From: Mobula hypostoma
Taxonomy: Eukaryota
Assembly (NCBI RefSeq): GCF_963921235.1
Contig: NC_086108.1
Location: 81,718,001-81,782,000 of the forward strand
Direction: 5' to 3'
DNA length: 64,000 nt
Position 1 is the stretch's first letter. Every line of letters begins with the position of its first letter. The notes beneath the pieces were generated by a model. It made no database searches, was not told the origin of the DNA, and saw nothing but the letters and a program-made list of their open reading frames with translations. Position numbers and translations under genes: made by a program. This document shows, in pieces, positions 37,801-52,800 of this stretch.

Positions 37801-40800
37801 CAAACCATCAAGTGCAAAGAAATCAAGGTCCTCAGTATATGAGCCACAGAAGGTTGGCATATAGCTACAGTAACTAGGAAAGCAGATAGAATTTTGGCCT
37901 TTATTAAAGTGGATAGTTTTGATGTAACATTTATAGGATGACAGTGAGACAGCACTAGGAGATCTGCTAACAGTTTTGGTCTCTGAACTTCAGGAAGGAT
38001 GCATTTACAGTGGAAGCAGTGCAGAGAAGGTTCACTAGGTTGATTCCTAGGATGAAGGGTTTAGTGTACTGGTTTATTGTTTCACATGTACCAATACATG
38101 GTGAAAAGCTTTTGTTAAATTCTATTTATACAGATCATTTTTTTTTAAAGATTGTATTAAGCTAGTATAAGATAAAACAATAATAATGTAGAATAAAGTG
38201 TAAAAGCTACTGGTAAACTGCAGTGCATATAAAATATGAAGTGTAAGATCATAATGAAGTGGAATCCATCTTATCATGTGAGAGGTCTATTCAGGAGTCT
38301 GATAACAATGGGGCAGAAGCAGTCCTTGAGCCTGATGGTACATGCTTTCAGGCTTTTGTATCTTCTGCCCGCTGGGAGAAGGGAAAAGAGAGAATGCCTG
38401 GGTTGGGTGGAATTGGTGATTATTGTTGCCTGATTTACTGAGGCAGTGAGAAATAAAGAAAGTGGCAATGGAGGGGAGGCTGGTTCCTGTAACGTGCTGA
38501 GTTGTGTCCACAATTCTCTGCAGTTTCTTGTGGTCAATGTGCAGAGCAGTTGCCATGCCAAGCCATTACACATCCAGACAGAATGCCTTCTGTGGTGCAT
38601 CAATAAAAATTAGTGATGGTCAACGGCGACATGCCAAATTCTTTTAGCCTCTTGAGGAAGTAGAGGCATTGGTGAGTTTATTTGGCCGTGACATTGACAT
38701 GGTTGGACCAGTTCAGAGGACAGACCATTGATGTTCATACCAAGGAAATTGAAGCTCTTGGCCCTCTTAATCTCAGCACTATTTTTGTAGGCAAGAGTGT
38801 GCGCACTGCCTGCCCATTCTGAGGAATGATTTAGTAGGTTGGGTGTATGCTCATTGGAGTTTGGGAGACTGAGAGAAGATGTTAATTGAAATTTATAGGA
38901 TTCTTAAGGGTTTTTAGAAGCCAAGAATATGCTTATGAACTAGGCAACATAGTTTTAGAATATTGGGACACATACTTAATACAAAGGTACAATATTTTTG
39001 AGTCCATGAAATTCTCTGCACCAGATCTATGGAGGTGGAGTTATTGTATACATTTAGGATGATAATTGGCAGATATTTGAACTATCAGCAAGTCAGAGAT
39101 ATGGGAGATGGGGCAGCGGGGTGGGGAGGGCAGTGCGAAGGGACATTGAAAATATTGGGTTAGCCATGATTTTCTTAAGTGTGTATAACAGGCCAGAGAG
39201 GCCTGATTATGTTGTTACATTTTGTAATGTAGAGAAAGCAGTGGTTTCTCAAGGATAATTCAGATCTGTAGATGGGTGGTGTGTTTAGGTCACACAGGTG
39301 GATGCAGAGAAGGAAAGTAATATGTAGGTGCGAGGCAAGAAGTTAAAGAAGGCACCAACCCAGAGGACACAGTCCTGAAATTTGCAGGTATTATCCCAGC
39401 TATGGTAAACCCATTTAATAAGCTCCAAAGCAAGTACATCAACTCTTCAGTTGAGATTTGCTTCAGTATTCAAGGCCCTACACCATTCATGGCCCTTGTA
39501 TGTGTGGTAGATGTTCATGCAAGTAACATCAAAGGGTCATTATAGGTAATTTTTTTATTGCTGTGTATTTGTGTGCACCTGCACACATCCATGGAGGTGA
39601 AGGTCTGCAGTCTTCTCTATTACCTGAAGATGGTTCACTATGCACAGTAATCTGTGCACTCAAGAGTTAAATTCTCACAGCTCTTGAGTTTCAGTCATGA
39701 AAAACAAAGAAAAACCATTGCGAATTACAGCAAAGTCATGATGCTGATTAGGATATAAATTGAGAATTATTTTTGTACTTGGAATTAACCTTTTATTTAC
39801 AAGTAATCTTTTATTTGCATAATAAAAAGTGACAGTGTATTGCATTTTAGTGATTTTATTGGATATTTTGCATTAAATCATTATTTGACTTTCCAGGCCT
39901 TCAATCCAGGTAATGAGTACCATTTCAAGAACCGTATGAAAATGTGCCAGAGAAATTGGGCAGATGTTTTTGGAGATGGCAAAATGTACGCCATCTCTCC
40001 ACCAGCCAACTTGCAGAAGGTGAGTTGGGCAGCGAGGTAACTATACGTGGGTATGTTGAGCTTTGGAGTCATTGTATATAGTTAGAATGCCACTTGATTG
40101 CATTGTCGAGTCCAATATAAAATGTGGCATGACTTGTTGTTCTAACCATTTTTGGTTAATATTTATTTGTGTATCTCAGTTGTGATAAATCTTTGTGCTA
40201 AAATCATTTCAAGAGTTGTTTTTGGGTGCTTAACCAACCCAGATATAGACTGAACTCCCAAGACTACACATCCATGGTATGTTTCTTTTCATGTCTAGGC
40301 TTATTGTACAATTAAATTATGGCACGGGCAGGACAGAATCTGTTTATTAATGCACCATAAGAAATTATTCTTTTGGGAGAATTGACAGCAATATCTGGCA
40401 TTGTTGAATAATTGTCCCTCAACTTCCTGTTCTCTCTCAGGGTCTCATTTATAATTTTTAAAATAATTGAAATCTGTGCTAACATAAACTACAAATACAG
40501 CTGTATGGATACCGTGTGTAGGATTGGGTTCATGCTGAACATTCAAACTGACTCTGTACATCAGCGAGGATGAGGTCTAATTTAGAATATTGTGGGTAGT
40601 TTGGGTCACCTACCTATATGAAAGATTTAAACAAAGTTGTAAAAGTACAGAGAAAATTTACAAGGATGTTGCTGGGTCTGGAGGACTTGAGTTATATGGA
40701 AAGATTGAATAGGTTAGGACTGTATTCCTTAGAATGTAGAAAATTGAGAGGAGATTTGATAGAGGTATTCAAAATTGTGTAGGGTATAGATAGGGTAAAT

Positions 40801-43800
40801 GCAAGCAGGCTTTTTCTACTGAGGTTTGGTGGGACTACAACCAGAGGTCATGGGTTAAGGGTGAAAGCTGAAAAGTTTAAGAGGAACATGAGGGGAAACT
40901 TCTTTGTTCAGAGGGTCATGAGAGTGTGGAACGAGTTGCCAGCATAAGTAGTGCATGCCAGCTTGATTTCACAGTTTAAGAGAAGTTTGGATAGGTACGT
41001 GGATGGTAGATATATGGAGGGCTATGAGCAAGTCGATAGGAGTAGGCAGTTTAAATGGTTTTGGCATGGAATAGATGGGCCTGTACTTCTCTATAACTGT
41101 GTTTGCCACACTGGCTACAGGTTTTGTATCGGCTTGTTTTCACTTTGTATTTAACCCTTCATACAAATTTTTTAAAAATTATAAATTAAGAGTTGCCAGA
41201 TAGAGTGAACATGAAGAGGATAGATCCAATAGTGGGAGAGTCTAGGACCACAGACTCAATAGAGATCTCTGAGAACAGAGATAAGGAGAAATTTCTTTAG
41301 CCAGAGGATGGTGAATCTGAGAATTCATCCCTCTGCACACAGCTCTGGAGGGTGTTTGGGTATATTTAAAGTGTAGCTTGATAGGTTCTTGATTAGTAAG
41401 GGCATCAAAGGTTACAGGGCAAAAGCAAGAGAATAGGGTTGAGTAGGAAAGTAAATCAGCCATGATTGAATGGCAGAGCAGACATAATGGGCTGAAATCC
41501 TGCTCCAATGTCTTATGGTCTTAAACTTAGGAGCTCCTGATATGGAGATATATTGCTGGTGCTTCATTGATGGTGAGTCTGAATTACAGAACTCCCTACC
41601 CAACAGCACCGAGGAAGTACCTTCATAGAAGGACTGCAGCAGTTCAAGAAGGTAACTCAACATTATTTTCTCAAGGGCACATAGAGATGGACAGTAATTG
41701 CTGATGTTGCCACTGCTGCTGACAGTAGAGAAGCTCACAAATTGTTTAATTTGTTTGATAAAGGTAGATGTAAGACATAAGTAAATCAGAACCAGGGATA
41801 AGCTACCTAACCCCCTGGAGCTTGTACATTATTCAACATGATCATGTGGGTCTCTGCTGGCCTCAACTCCTCTTCTGTCTCAGTTCCCCATACTCTTCAA
41901 TTCTCTGATCTTTTAGAAAGGTATCTACTTCCACCCTAAGCATATATAATGATTAAGCTTCCAGAAATATACCCCATCTTCTGGAGTAGAGATTCACCAC
42001 CCTCTGAAGTTTCCGACCATCCTTTTATCTTGTAGCTACAGTATATCCTCTTGTTTGGAACTCATGCATTAGTGAAAGCATCTCAACAATTACTGTCTCA
42101 TGCCCTCTCAGTAAGTATCTTGTATGTCTCAGTAAGATCATCTGTCATTCTTCTAAAGTCTAGGAAATATAAACCCAAACTGTTCAGCTGTTTTTGATAG
42201 GAAAACCCTCTCATACAAAATATGTTACGTACCCCGTAACTGGGTTGCCAAACCAGCAGAAATGGATCACTCAGTTGGAGTCTGGATTACTAGAACTAAC
42301 AAAGTTTTATTAAAGAAACAAGCAACACAGTAATCGAAAGGATAATAAATGCAACAGTTCAGCAATGATAAACACACATGTGCACAGAATTAAGATAACA
42401 GCATCAATCAAGCTCTATCGTTGTCTAAGGGTAAATGACCAAATTTCAAAGTGACTCAAAGTTCAGTCCAATTTAGTAGTTCAGTACGCAGTAATCGTTG
42501 CCATGGCGATGGACAACGTGGGGGGAGAGAGAGAGAGAACGGGAACAACTGATCACTCAGACACGGCTTCACTCACAGACCGGCGATCTGGCTCACAAGC
42601 AGCTTTTGGGCAGGTCCTTGGTGATGTCACCAGAGGTCACCGACTGTGACCCCTCCTCCAGATGCGGTCGACCCTCTGCAGTGAACCCGGCACCCAAGCA
42701 AGGGCGGACACACACCGGGTTCCCGCTGATCGTATCTTTCCACCCTGGAAGTTGTCCGGTACTCCCCACCGACTCGTGAGAGGCGCACCGCTTCCAGGGT
42801 CTCGTTACCTCGGGTGTCGTGTGTGTCCTGCCTTAGCGAACCGGTCCCTTTTTATCCCCCTGCTGGGGCATCGCCTGTCCACCACTTCAAACAGTTCAGG
42901 GTTCAAAGGGGGAGCCGCTCCGGACAGCTCTCTCTCCCTTTCCTTCATTACACATCTCCAGACGCTGCTCCATTGTTCCTTATCTCTCCTTCCCCTGAGG
43001 GCAGGTGGCAGACCACTTGCTGATGTCACTGATGCTAACCCAGGCCAGCAAACATCTTAATTTTATGTGTATTCTCGTCACAAATAAAATTAGCCCAGTC
43101 AATGTCCTTAGATAAAGATGAGCTTTGCTTATCACATGTTCATTGAAGCATACAATGAAATGTGTTGTGACTAGCACAATCTGAGGATGTGCCAGGAGCT
43201 GCCTGCAAGTGTTGCCATGCTTCTGTTGCCAACATAGCAGGGCAACACAACTTACTAACCTTAAACTTATGTCTTTGGAATGTGCGAGGAAACCAGAGCA
43301 CCCAGAGGAAACCACATGGTCGCAGGAGAATGTGCAAACTTGTTACAGACAGCAGTGGGATTGTACCCAGATCACTGGTGCTGTTCTAGTGTTAAGCTAA
43401 CCACTATGTTACCATACCTCCCTTCAGTGCTACTATAGCACTTTAGGTAAGGAGACCAAAGTGCTGTGCAGAAATCTAGAGGTGGCTTCACTACCACTGG
43501 CCGTGGATTTGAGGCCCAGAAGCAGCCTGTCCTGCGGTTGGAGGTCTGTTTGTGAGTGGGTGGTGGGTGAAGAGCTTGTTTTGCTGCTGTTGTCTTGTTT
43601 TGTTGTTGCTGTGGCTGTCGTTATTCTGTTCAACATTGGGCGTGAGTGTATGGCGACATCTGTGGGTTGCTTCCATCACAGTCTTGGGTAGTGATGGTTG
43701 GTATCGCAAGTAGAAGTGCATTTCACTGTATGTTTCGATGTGCCTGTGATAAATAAACCTGGACAAAGAAATGAATCTTCATTAGAAATAAATCTAAACA

Positions 43801-46800
43801 AAGCTTCAAACATGCCATTCATTTCCTTAACTATTTGTTGAATTTGCCTATTAACTACTAATGATTTATGCACCAGAATACCTAGACACAGTAACTGAGT
43901 TTAATATGTAGCCTATGAAACCAAATTTAGTTTTGTAAATTGATCACATCATTTGGTATACCTCTTTCTTGGAACCAATGGTTTATAATTATTAATAAAT
44001 TTAATTTATTTTCATGATTATTTTACAGGAACCTCATGGCTGGCTGATAGATCTGGTTAATCGGGTAGGCATTCCATTCTGTTTGCTCTCTTCCCTTGCT
44101 TCTCAAATATGGAGGAACCTGATGGATAGTGTTGTAAATAATCTGGTGTGGGCATGGCTTCACTTATTGGGTATCGTTGTTGTGTTGTTGCCTGGTCTTG
44201 TTGCATTTCATTGTGCCTTGATGACACGCAGTGAGAGTGATTGTCTTGGATGCTTTTATTATGACTGCAAGACCCTGTTGGACATTGGTAATGCAGAATA
44301 CTGTGAGTCTAATTCATTGGTGAGACTGGCGGGGGATCTGTGTTGCCTCAGTTGTGGCAAGGCCTAGGCCCAGGCCCAAGCCACGGGCTCACCTGTTGCA
44401 GTCGCCCAGGGGAGGAGATGTTGAGGTCGTGTGGAAGAGCCTTTGTGTAGCATGCTGGAATCTGCACTGGGTTGGGGTTGTCCCCTCCTGTAGGTGCTGC
44501 CTCCAGTGTTCACTCGATGGAAGATCAAACTGGACCAGGTCTACGGTCTTGCCACTGGAGGACTAAGGCTGTATTATATTTTTTCTTTGTGACTGTTTTC
44601 TGAAATCGTAGCCATATGTGCTATTTGTGTTATGTGCTGTTGGTAATGTGTGTTGCACCTTGGCCGGAGGAACACTGTTTTGTTTGTCTGTGTTCATATA
44701 TGATTGAATGATAATTAAACTTGAACTCAGAAGTACTATACTAAAAGAGAAAGTGGAAGTGGAAAGGATTAGGGAGAAGATGGTGCATTTTTTGTTTAAA
44801 TAGCATACTATAGGGATTGAAAAGAAAGAGTTCCAAATAAATCAAACTGAAGAGGCAGCACAGGTAAAAGACATAAGAAGAGCAATAGAACATACCATAA
44901 CATTTTAAAGATGTATTAGATGAAGGGATGAAGTATACAGAATGAATGTTTAGCTATTAGCGATAGTGAAAAGTTATCATCTAAGATTCCTAATTTTTTT
45001 TTGACACTTTAAGGACTTGATGAAATTATAAATCTTTTGGTATCATGAGAAGCAAGTAGAATGAAAGAGCAGAGAAGGTTCAGCAGATATGCTGGGTCCA
45101 ACTTTTTCAAATAACTCTTCATTTGTTGCCATTGTTTTATTTCTCATAGTCTAGAAAACAGCACAAAGGTTTAAAAAAACTGATGGTAAAGAGAACGCGA
45201 AAAAAAATAGAGATTGCTAAAGAAATTGGAGACAGTTTTGCTGATATATTTAAGTTCATTGGTTTAGATAATAAATAGAATATCTGAAGGAGTAAATTGG
45301 ATTGAGAATAATAATTTTGCATTCCCAAAGGACCAATTTATTCATCAATTTATTGGAATTTTATTAGAGGATTACACATCCTGGAGTCATTGAAAGCAGC
45401 TTTTCTTCAACCTAATAGAGAATTTCAAACATCTACCAGCTAAATTAAAACCTGTTACGCTCGGGTTATGAGGCCATTAGGTATCAAAGTGTGGTGAGCT
45501 TGAGAAGGTGTCAGAATCAAATGGTTATCAGAAGAATCCCAAGGGAGTTCGGATGATTTTTTTTAATGAATAGTTTTAGCAAGCAGAATATTACCAAGGA
45601 GTATACCTGTTAATTCAAAACGGGGGGCAATGGTGTGCATCAGAATAAATATTTTTTCCCGGGACGCCTTGGTAAAATGAAAGTGGAGTGAAGAAATTTC
45701 AGCACTTCACCCTTACCAGACAAACAAGCATGAATAAGCTGTTTCTAACCATTCAGTAGCAATAGAACATCAATGTGATAGTGACATGAATTAGAATCTA
45801 AACTGTTTGCAACTGCAGTGGCACAGTTTGTCATTACTGGACGCTTCAAAGGCTTTTCCTACATGGAGTGTAAAGTGGAAATACTGAAGTTCCTGTTAGC
45901 CTCTTCCTCAGGCTGTTTGTTTAACAACAACCTCTTTGTAGTTGGGAAATTAGCATATTTCAGATACTGGCCAGGTATTTTCATTGGAAAAACTGCACTG
46001 AAAATGTTTCATTTTGTTATCAGAGGTGTTAAATAAGTCAGTACTGGCATATTGAGCTATGATTCTAGTTTACAAATATTCTGGTCCTTAAATTTTGCAT
46101 ATACAACAGATAGCAAATCTATTCAGTGAATATTTCCAAAAAAACATATGCAGTGGATTCTGGTTAATTGGGCCATCGGTTAATCGGGGCAGCTGCCCAT
46201 TTTGGACAATTCCTAAAGAACAAAAAATAAGCCAAGAGAATAGCTAGGATTCCCCTTGTTTATTCGAGACACTAATTGGGACAAGAGGCTTTTTGCCGAG
46301 AATTTTCTAACGAGTGTTGATGAAGGGTCTCGGCCGGAAGCAACTGTTTACTTTCTTCCGTTGAAACTGCGTGACTTGCTGAGTTCTTCCAGCATTTTGT
46401 GTGTGTAACTAGTACCAGTTGCATGCACTTGTGTGGCCTTTAGAGATTATGCCTTGCTTAGAGTGATCAGTTTTTAAATAGTGAGTTACATGTTATCTTT
46501 ATCACTGATAGTTGGCAAGAAGTGAGCAGTAAGACAATTAAGAATAGTTTTGTTCATTGCAGTTTCAAACATTCAGGCGTGGAGATGCCAGAAATAGGTG
46601 GGAGTGAAAAGAAATGATTTCACTATTTCAACAAGTTAAGAACTACATCAGTATCGACAATAATCTTGAATGCTATAATGAAAATTAAGATTTGGAGAAT
46701 GTTCTAAAGCATTTATAAAGGCAATTCATTATCTACCCTAGGTGTCTGCACTGATTTTGTACATTTACAGTCAATTGTAAGAACACAGTAGATGAATTCC

Positions 46801-49800
46801 TGTTGATAACTATTAGAAACTAATGCACAGTCTTTTACTACTGTAGAGGTTTTGGTAGTGTTCTAATTCGTTCTGTATTTTGTTTAAATACGTAAATTGT
46901 TACTCAGTTAAACAGCAGTTTGTCTTTTCTATGCCTTTTAACTATTTCCATGAAACTTTGGCTAATTGGGATAGCCGCTTAATTGGGCCAAAATGTACTG
47001 GTCCAGATGTGTCCCAATTAACCGGAATCCGCTGTAGCTTAATTTTCCTTTTTTAATGTTTATGTTCCAGTGTTTATTTAATGATCTATAAAATATTTAA
47101 ATATTTTAAAATAAAAATTGTGCCTTTTCCTTCCTGCTTTGCCATCTGTGGAAAGTCTTCAATCTAAATGGCAGCTCAGGCCACTTGATAACATCACTGT
47201 GATTGCATGCCAGGGGTTCCTTTCAGCTGATACCTGACAGCAACTGATGATGGAAAAATGGAAGTCTATGCCACATAGAGAGCTAGCTCTTTGTGGACAC
47301 TTTTCTTGGAGGTGAGCAGCAAGTGCCATCTCTTTGCTGCTGGCCATTAGAATCCAGGCCAATGTTTTCAACTCGATTCCTATTAATAAAACCTGCTCAC
47401 CGAATCACTTTCCAGTGTTTGATTGTGTTCCTAATCTACTTCAGTCATTGTTCATTGTGGTTCCATGCTAATATTGAATTAGAAAGCTTTGTTTAAAAAT
47501 TAATAACATTCAGTCTAGAAGCATTTTGTTAGAAATGTTAACAATTGGCGTTGTATTAATTTCTCTTTGATGTTGTGCTGCTCAACATAATCTTTAAGTG
47601 TTTGACACCTTCCTTGAAACACCAGGATTTGTTTATCAGAATTTAATAATTTAAATATTTAGTCCCATTTTTAAAAATTAAGTTTTAGTAGTCAAAATAT
47701 TTTTAGTTTAAAAATATTTAAACACCGTATATTTAGTGTTGGTAAAATATATTGAAGAAAATCTTGACTCTACTTTTTGCAGTCAAATAGTATCAAATGA
47801 TATTAAGTTGTTTTCCTATATGGAGACAGGTCCAGGCGTAATTTTAAACCCTCACTGAACAAATTTACTGCAATCAATTTCTCTTTCCTTAACTAATATT
47901 ATGAGCTTTGCTACAGGGTAGTATCTTTTGTAAAGTATATCCTTTCTATGTAGCATGGGATTGCCTAATGCAGTCTGAGCTGTATTGGCAATGGTAATAG
48001 GAAGAATAAAAGCTGGTAACATCCAGCAGAAAACCTTGGGTAAGTTCTGTGTTTGTCCAGCTCATTTAGTGTGTGACTCCTAGACATCACCATAGTACGA
48101 TGTAATTGTTTACATTTAGAATCACTGATATGTATTTCATATTTTTATTATAAATCTAGATGTTGAACCAATTTAGATGCTGGTTTCATTTTATTTTCTA
48201 GTTTGGTGAAATGGGTGGATTTTCAGCAATCCAACTTAAACTTGGTGCAGAGGATATAGAAACTGCAGTAAGTATTTTCATAGCAGTAATTTGGGAATAC
48301 TCTTTTTATTTACTTAGAGATACAGTTTGGAATAGGCCCTTCCAGCCCTTTGAGCTGCGCCACCCAGCCACGCTCATTTAACCCTAGCTTAATCATGGGA
48401 AAATTTACAATGAATAATTAACCTACTAACCTGTATGTCTTTGGACTGTGGGAGGAAACTGGAGCACCTGGGGAAGCCCAAGCATTCCACAGGGAGGATG
48501 TGCAAATTCCTCACAGATGACGACAGAATTGAAATCAGAACTTCAACTCGCCGAGCTCTAGTAGCGCTCCCTTTTTGCATACATATTTTATGTACAATTT
48601 AGTGCTGATCTTCTAATTGACTACCTGATTTTTTGATTATTAATAGTTTTGCATCACCTTTTTATCACTGTGTATTGCTCTATTTATTTTTTGCATAACA
48701 TGTCCTTTATAAATCAGAGCATTGAGTATAGCAGTTGGGATGTAATGCTGAAATTGTATAGGGCATTGGTAAGGCCAAATTTGGAGTATTGTGTACAGTT
48801 CTGGTCACCGAATTATAGGAAAGATCTCAATAAAATTGAGAGAGTACAGAGGAGGTTTACTAATATGTTGCCTGGGTTTCATCTCCTAAGTTACAGAGAA
48901 AGGTTGAACAAGTTAGGTCTTTATTCTTTAGAGCGTAGAAGGTTGAGGGGGGACTTGATAGAGGTGTCTAAAATTATGAGGGGGATTGATAGAGTTGACA
49001 TGGATAGGCTTTTTCCATTGAGAGTGGGGAAGATTCAAACAAGAGGACATGAGTTGAGAGTTAAAGGACGAAAATTTAGGGGTAACATGAGGGGGAACAA
49101 CTTTACTCAGAGAGTGGTAGCTGTGTGGAACGAGCTTCCAGCAGAAGTGGTTGAGGCAGGTTCGATGTTGTTTAAAGTTAAATTGGATAGATATATGGAC
49201 AGGAAAGGAATGGGCTGAGTGCAGGTCCGTGGGACTAGGTGAGAGTAAGAGTTCGGCACGGACTAGAAGGGCCGAGATGGCCTGTTTCCGTGCTGTATTT
49301 GTTATATGGTTATATGGTCAATCAGGATTTTTCAGTTTCAGTGTTACATGCCTTATCTGGAAGGGGATACTTTCATTCAGAAAGTAATGAGGCATGGGAT
49401 CCAAGGAGACCTTGCTTTGTGGATCCAGATTTGGCTTGCCCACAGAAGTCAAAGGGTGGTAGTAGATGGTTCGTATTCTGCATGGAGATCAGTGACCAGT
49501 GGTGTTCCGTGAGATCTGCTCTGGGACCCCTCCTCTTTGTGATTTTTATAAATGACCTGGATAAAGAAGTAGAAGGTGGGTTAGTAAGTTTGCTGATGAC
49601 ACAAAGTTGGGGATGTTGTGGATAGTCTGGAGGGATGTCAGAGGTTACAGCGGGACATTGATAGGATGTAGAAATGGGATGAGAAGTGGCAGATGGAGTT
49701 CAACCTAGGTACAGTGGTTTGCAAAAGTTTGGGCACCCCTGGCCAAAATTTCTATTACTGTGAATAGCTAAGCGAGTAAAAGATGACCTGATTTCCAAAA

Positions 49801-52800
49801 GACATGAAGTTAAAGATGACACATTTCTTTAATATTTTAAGCAAGATTACTTTTTTATTTCCATCTTTTACAGTTTCAAAATAACAAAAAAGGAAAAGGG
49901 CCCGAAGCAAAAGTTTGGGCACCCTGCATGGTCAGTACTTAGTAACACCCCCTTTGGCAAGTATCACAGCTTGTAAACGCTTTCTGTAGCCAGCTAAAAG
50001 TCTTTCAATTCTTGTTTGGGGGATTTTCACCCATTCTTCCTTGCAAAAGGCTTCTAGTTCTGTGAGATTCTTGGTCCGTTTTGCATGCACTGCTCTTTTG
50101 AGGTCTAGCCACATATTTTCAATGATGTTTAGGTCAGGGGACTGTGAGGGCCATGGCAAAACCTTCAGCTTGCACCTCTTGAGGTCCATTGTGGATTTTG
50201 AGGTGTGTTTAGGATCATTATCCTGTTGTAGAAGCCATCCTCTTTTCATCTTCAGCTCTTTTACAGATGGTGTGATGTTTGCTTCCAGAATTTGCTGATA
50301 TTTAATTGAATTCATTCTTCCCTGTACCAGTGAACTGTTCCCCCTGCCACTGGCTGCAACACAAGCCCAAAGCATGATCGATCCACCCCCGTGCTTAACA
50401 GTTGGAGAGGTGTTCTTATGAAATTCTGCACCCTTTGCTCATTGCGGCCCAAAAGTTCTATTTTAACTTCATCAGTCTACAGGACTTGTTTCCAAAATGC
50501 ATCAGGCTTGTTTAGATGTTTCTTTGAACTTTTTGAATAGAACATTCACAGCTATTCACAGTAACAGAAATTTTGACTGGGGTGCCCAAACTTTTGCATG
50601 CCACTGTAAGTGTGAAGTGGTTCATTTTGTTAGGTCAAATTTGAAGACAGAATATAATATTAACAGTAAGACTCTTGGCATTGTGGAGGATCAGAGAGAT
50701 CTTGGCGTCAGTGTCTACAGGACACTCAAAGCAGCTGCGCAGGTTGACATTGTTGTTAAGAAGGCATATGGGTGTGTTGGCCATCAACCATGGGAATGAG
50801 TTCAAGAACCGTGAAGTAATATTACAGTTATTTAAGACCTTGGTTAAACCACACTTAAAGTACTGTGTTCAGTTCTGGTCACCTCAGTGCAGGAAGGATG
50901 TGGATACTATTGGGAGAGTACAGAGGAAGTTAACAAGGATGTTGCCTGGATTGGAGAGCATGCCTTATGGAAATAGGTTGAGTAAACTTGGCTTTTTCTC
51001 CTTGGAGGATGAGAGGTGAATTGATAGAGGTTTATAAGACGATGAGAGGCATTGATCGTGTGGATAGCCAGAGGCTTATTTCTAGAGTTGAAATAACTAA
51101 CATGAACAGGCATAGATTTAAGGTGCTTGCAAGTAGGTACAGGGGGGATGTCAGGGGTAAGTTTTTCTCACACAGTGGTGGGTGTGTGGAATGCACTACC
51201 AGTGATAGAGGCGGATACAATAGGGTCTTTTAAGAAACACTTAGATAGGTACATGGAGCTTAGAAAAGTAGAGGGCCATGCGGTAGGAAAATTCTAGGCA
51301 GTTCCTGGAGTAGGTTACGTGGTCGGCACAACTTTGTGGGCCTATGTTTTAAGGGGAAATACTGATTTTTTTTTAAATACATCTTCCCCAGACTCTAATT
51401 GCTGATACAGCTGTGAAGTTTGAAGCTATAAACTAATTGCATTACATGATTCCAGTTTCTTGTTAATGGACTTAATATTGTAACTATTTACTCTTTTTGT
51501 TTTAGGCTGTATCGGCACTGGTGCAGCCTTTGAGTGTCTGTGCTGAATATCTAAATCCCATGGTGGTGCAGGTAAGTACTGTTATGAAAGTCTTCAAACA
51601 CAATAGTCAAGTCCAAAATGGAAATTGACCCATTGCAAATGAACAAAATGGAAATTACACCAACTTTTCATCGGGCTAATGTCCAAGACTAAATTCTAGG
51701 TATGATATTTGTTCTAGAGTAAACATTGTGGGTTTAACCTCCACTTCTTTCATATTTTTGTTTTTTGCAGCCCATGCTAGACCCTGTTATCGACAAAATG
51801 ATTAGATATGTACAAAATTTAGAAGAAAAAGATCTGAAAGACAAGGTATTTTCATTAGAATTTTTGAACTGCCTTCTGTTTTAGCTTTGCCTAAGACTTT
51901 TGCACAGTGTTGTAATAATTTTATACATTGCACTGTACTGCTGCTGCAAAAAAAAATCTTGACTTATGTGAGTGGTGATAAGACTGATTCTGATGTAGTC
52001 TCTATTGTGAACTGAGAGTGGGAAGGGGGCAGGGAGAAGGGAATCATGGTTGGGAAAAGAGGAAGGGAGTGAGAAGCACCAGAGAGACATTTTGTAATGT
52101 TCGTTAAACCAATCAAATCAAACGACCTTGCCTGGTGCCTCAGGGCTGGGTGTGTCTGCGTCTGCACCTGCACCGCCCCCCACTTCTGGCACTCCTTTTC
52201 TGCCACCTGTCCCACACCAGTCCTGCAACATTCCACCCTTGGCATTCCCAGCATCCTTTGCTCCTGCCAACTTACAAGCTCTTTCCACTCCATGTTGGCA
52301 AATACAGTACTGTGCAGAAGTCTTGGGTACCCTAGAGAAATATATACCTAAGACCTTTGCACAGTACTGTATACTTGAGGTTTGTCTCTTTAACCTTATT
52401 GCATGTTGTGACTAAAATGGAAGCTGTAATTGGGGAATCACTTTATACTTTATTGTCGCCAAACAGTTGGTACTAGAACATACAATCATCACAACGATAT
52501 TTGATTCTACGCTTCACACTCCCTGGATTACAAATATTAAATATTAAAAATAGTTAAAATTAGTAAATATTAAAAATTTAAATTATAAATCATAAATAGA
52601 AAATAGAAAAATGGGAAGTAAAGTAAAGAATCACACAGCAAGCCTTCAGGAGAGACAGTCCAGGGAGGTCCAAGAGAATCTCACCGTCCTGGTGTGACAT
52701 TTTGTATTACTTCAACACAAAGATAACAATGAACAATTAATTGTTTCAATTGCTACAATCAGCAACTTAACTTCAACATTCTGAATATAGTCAGTTAAAT

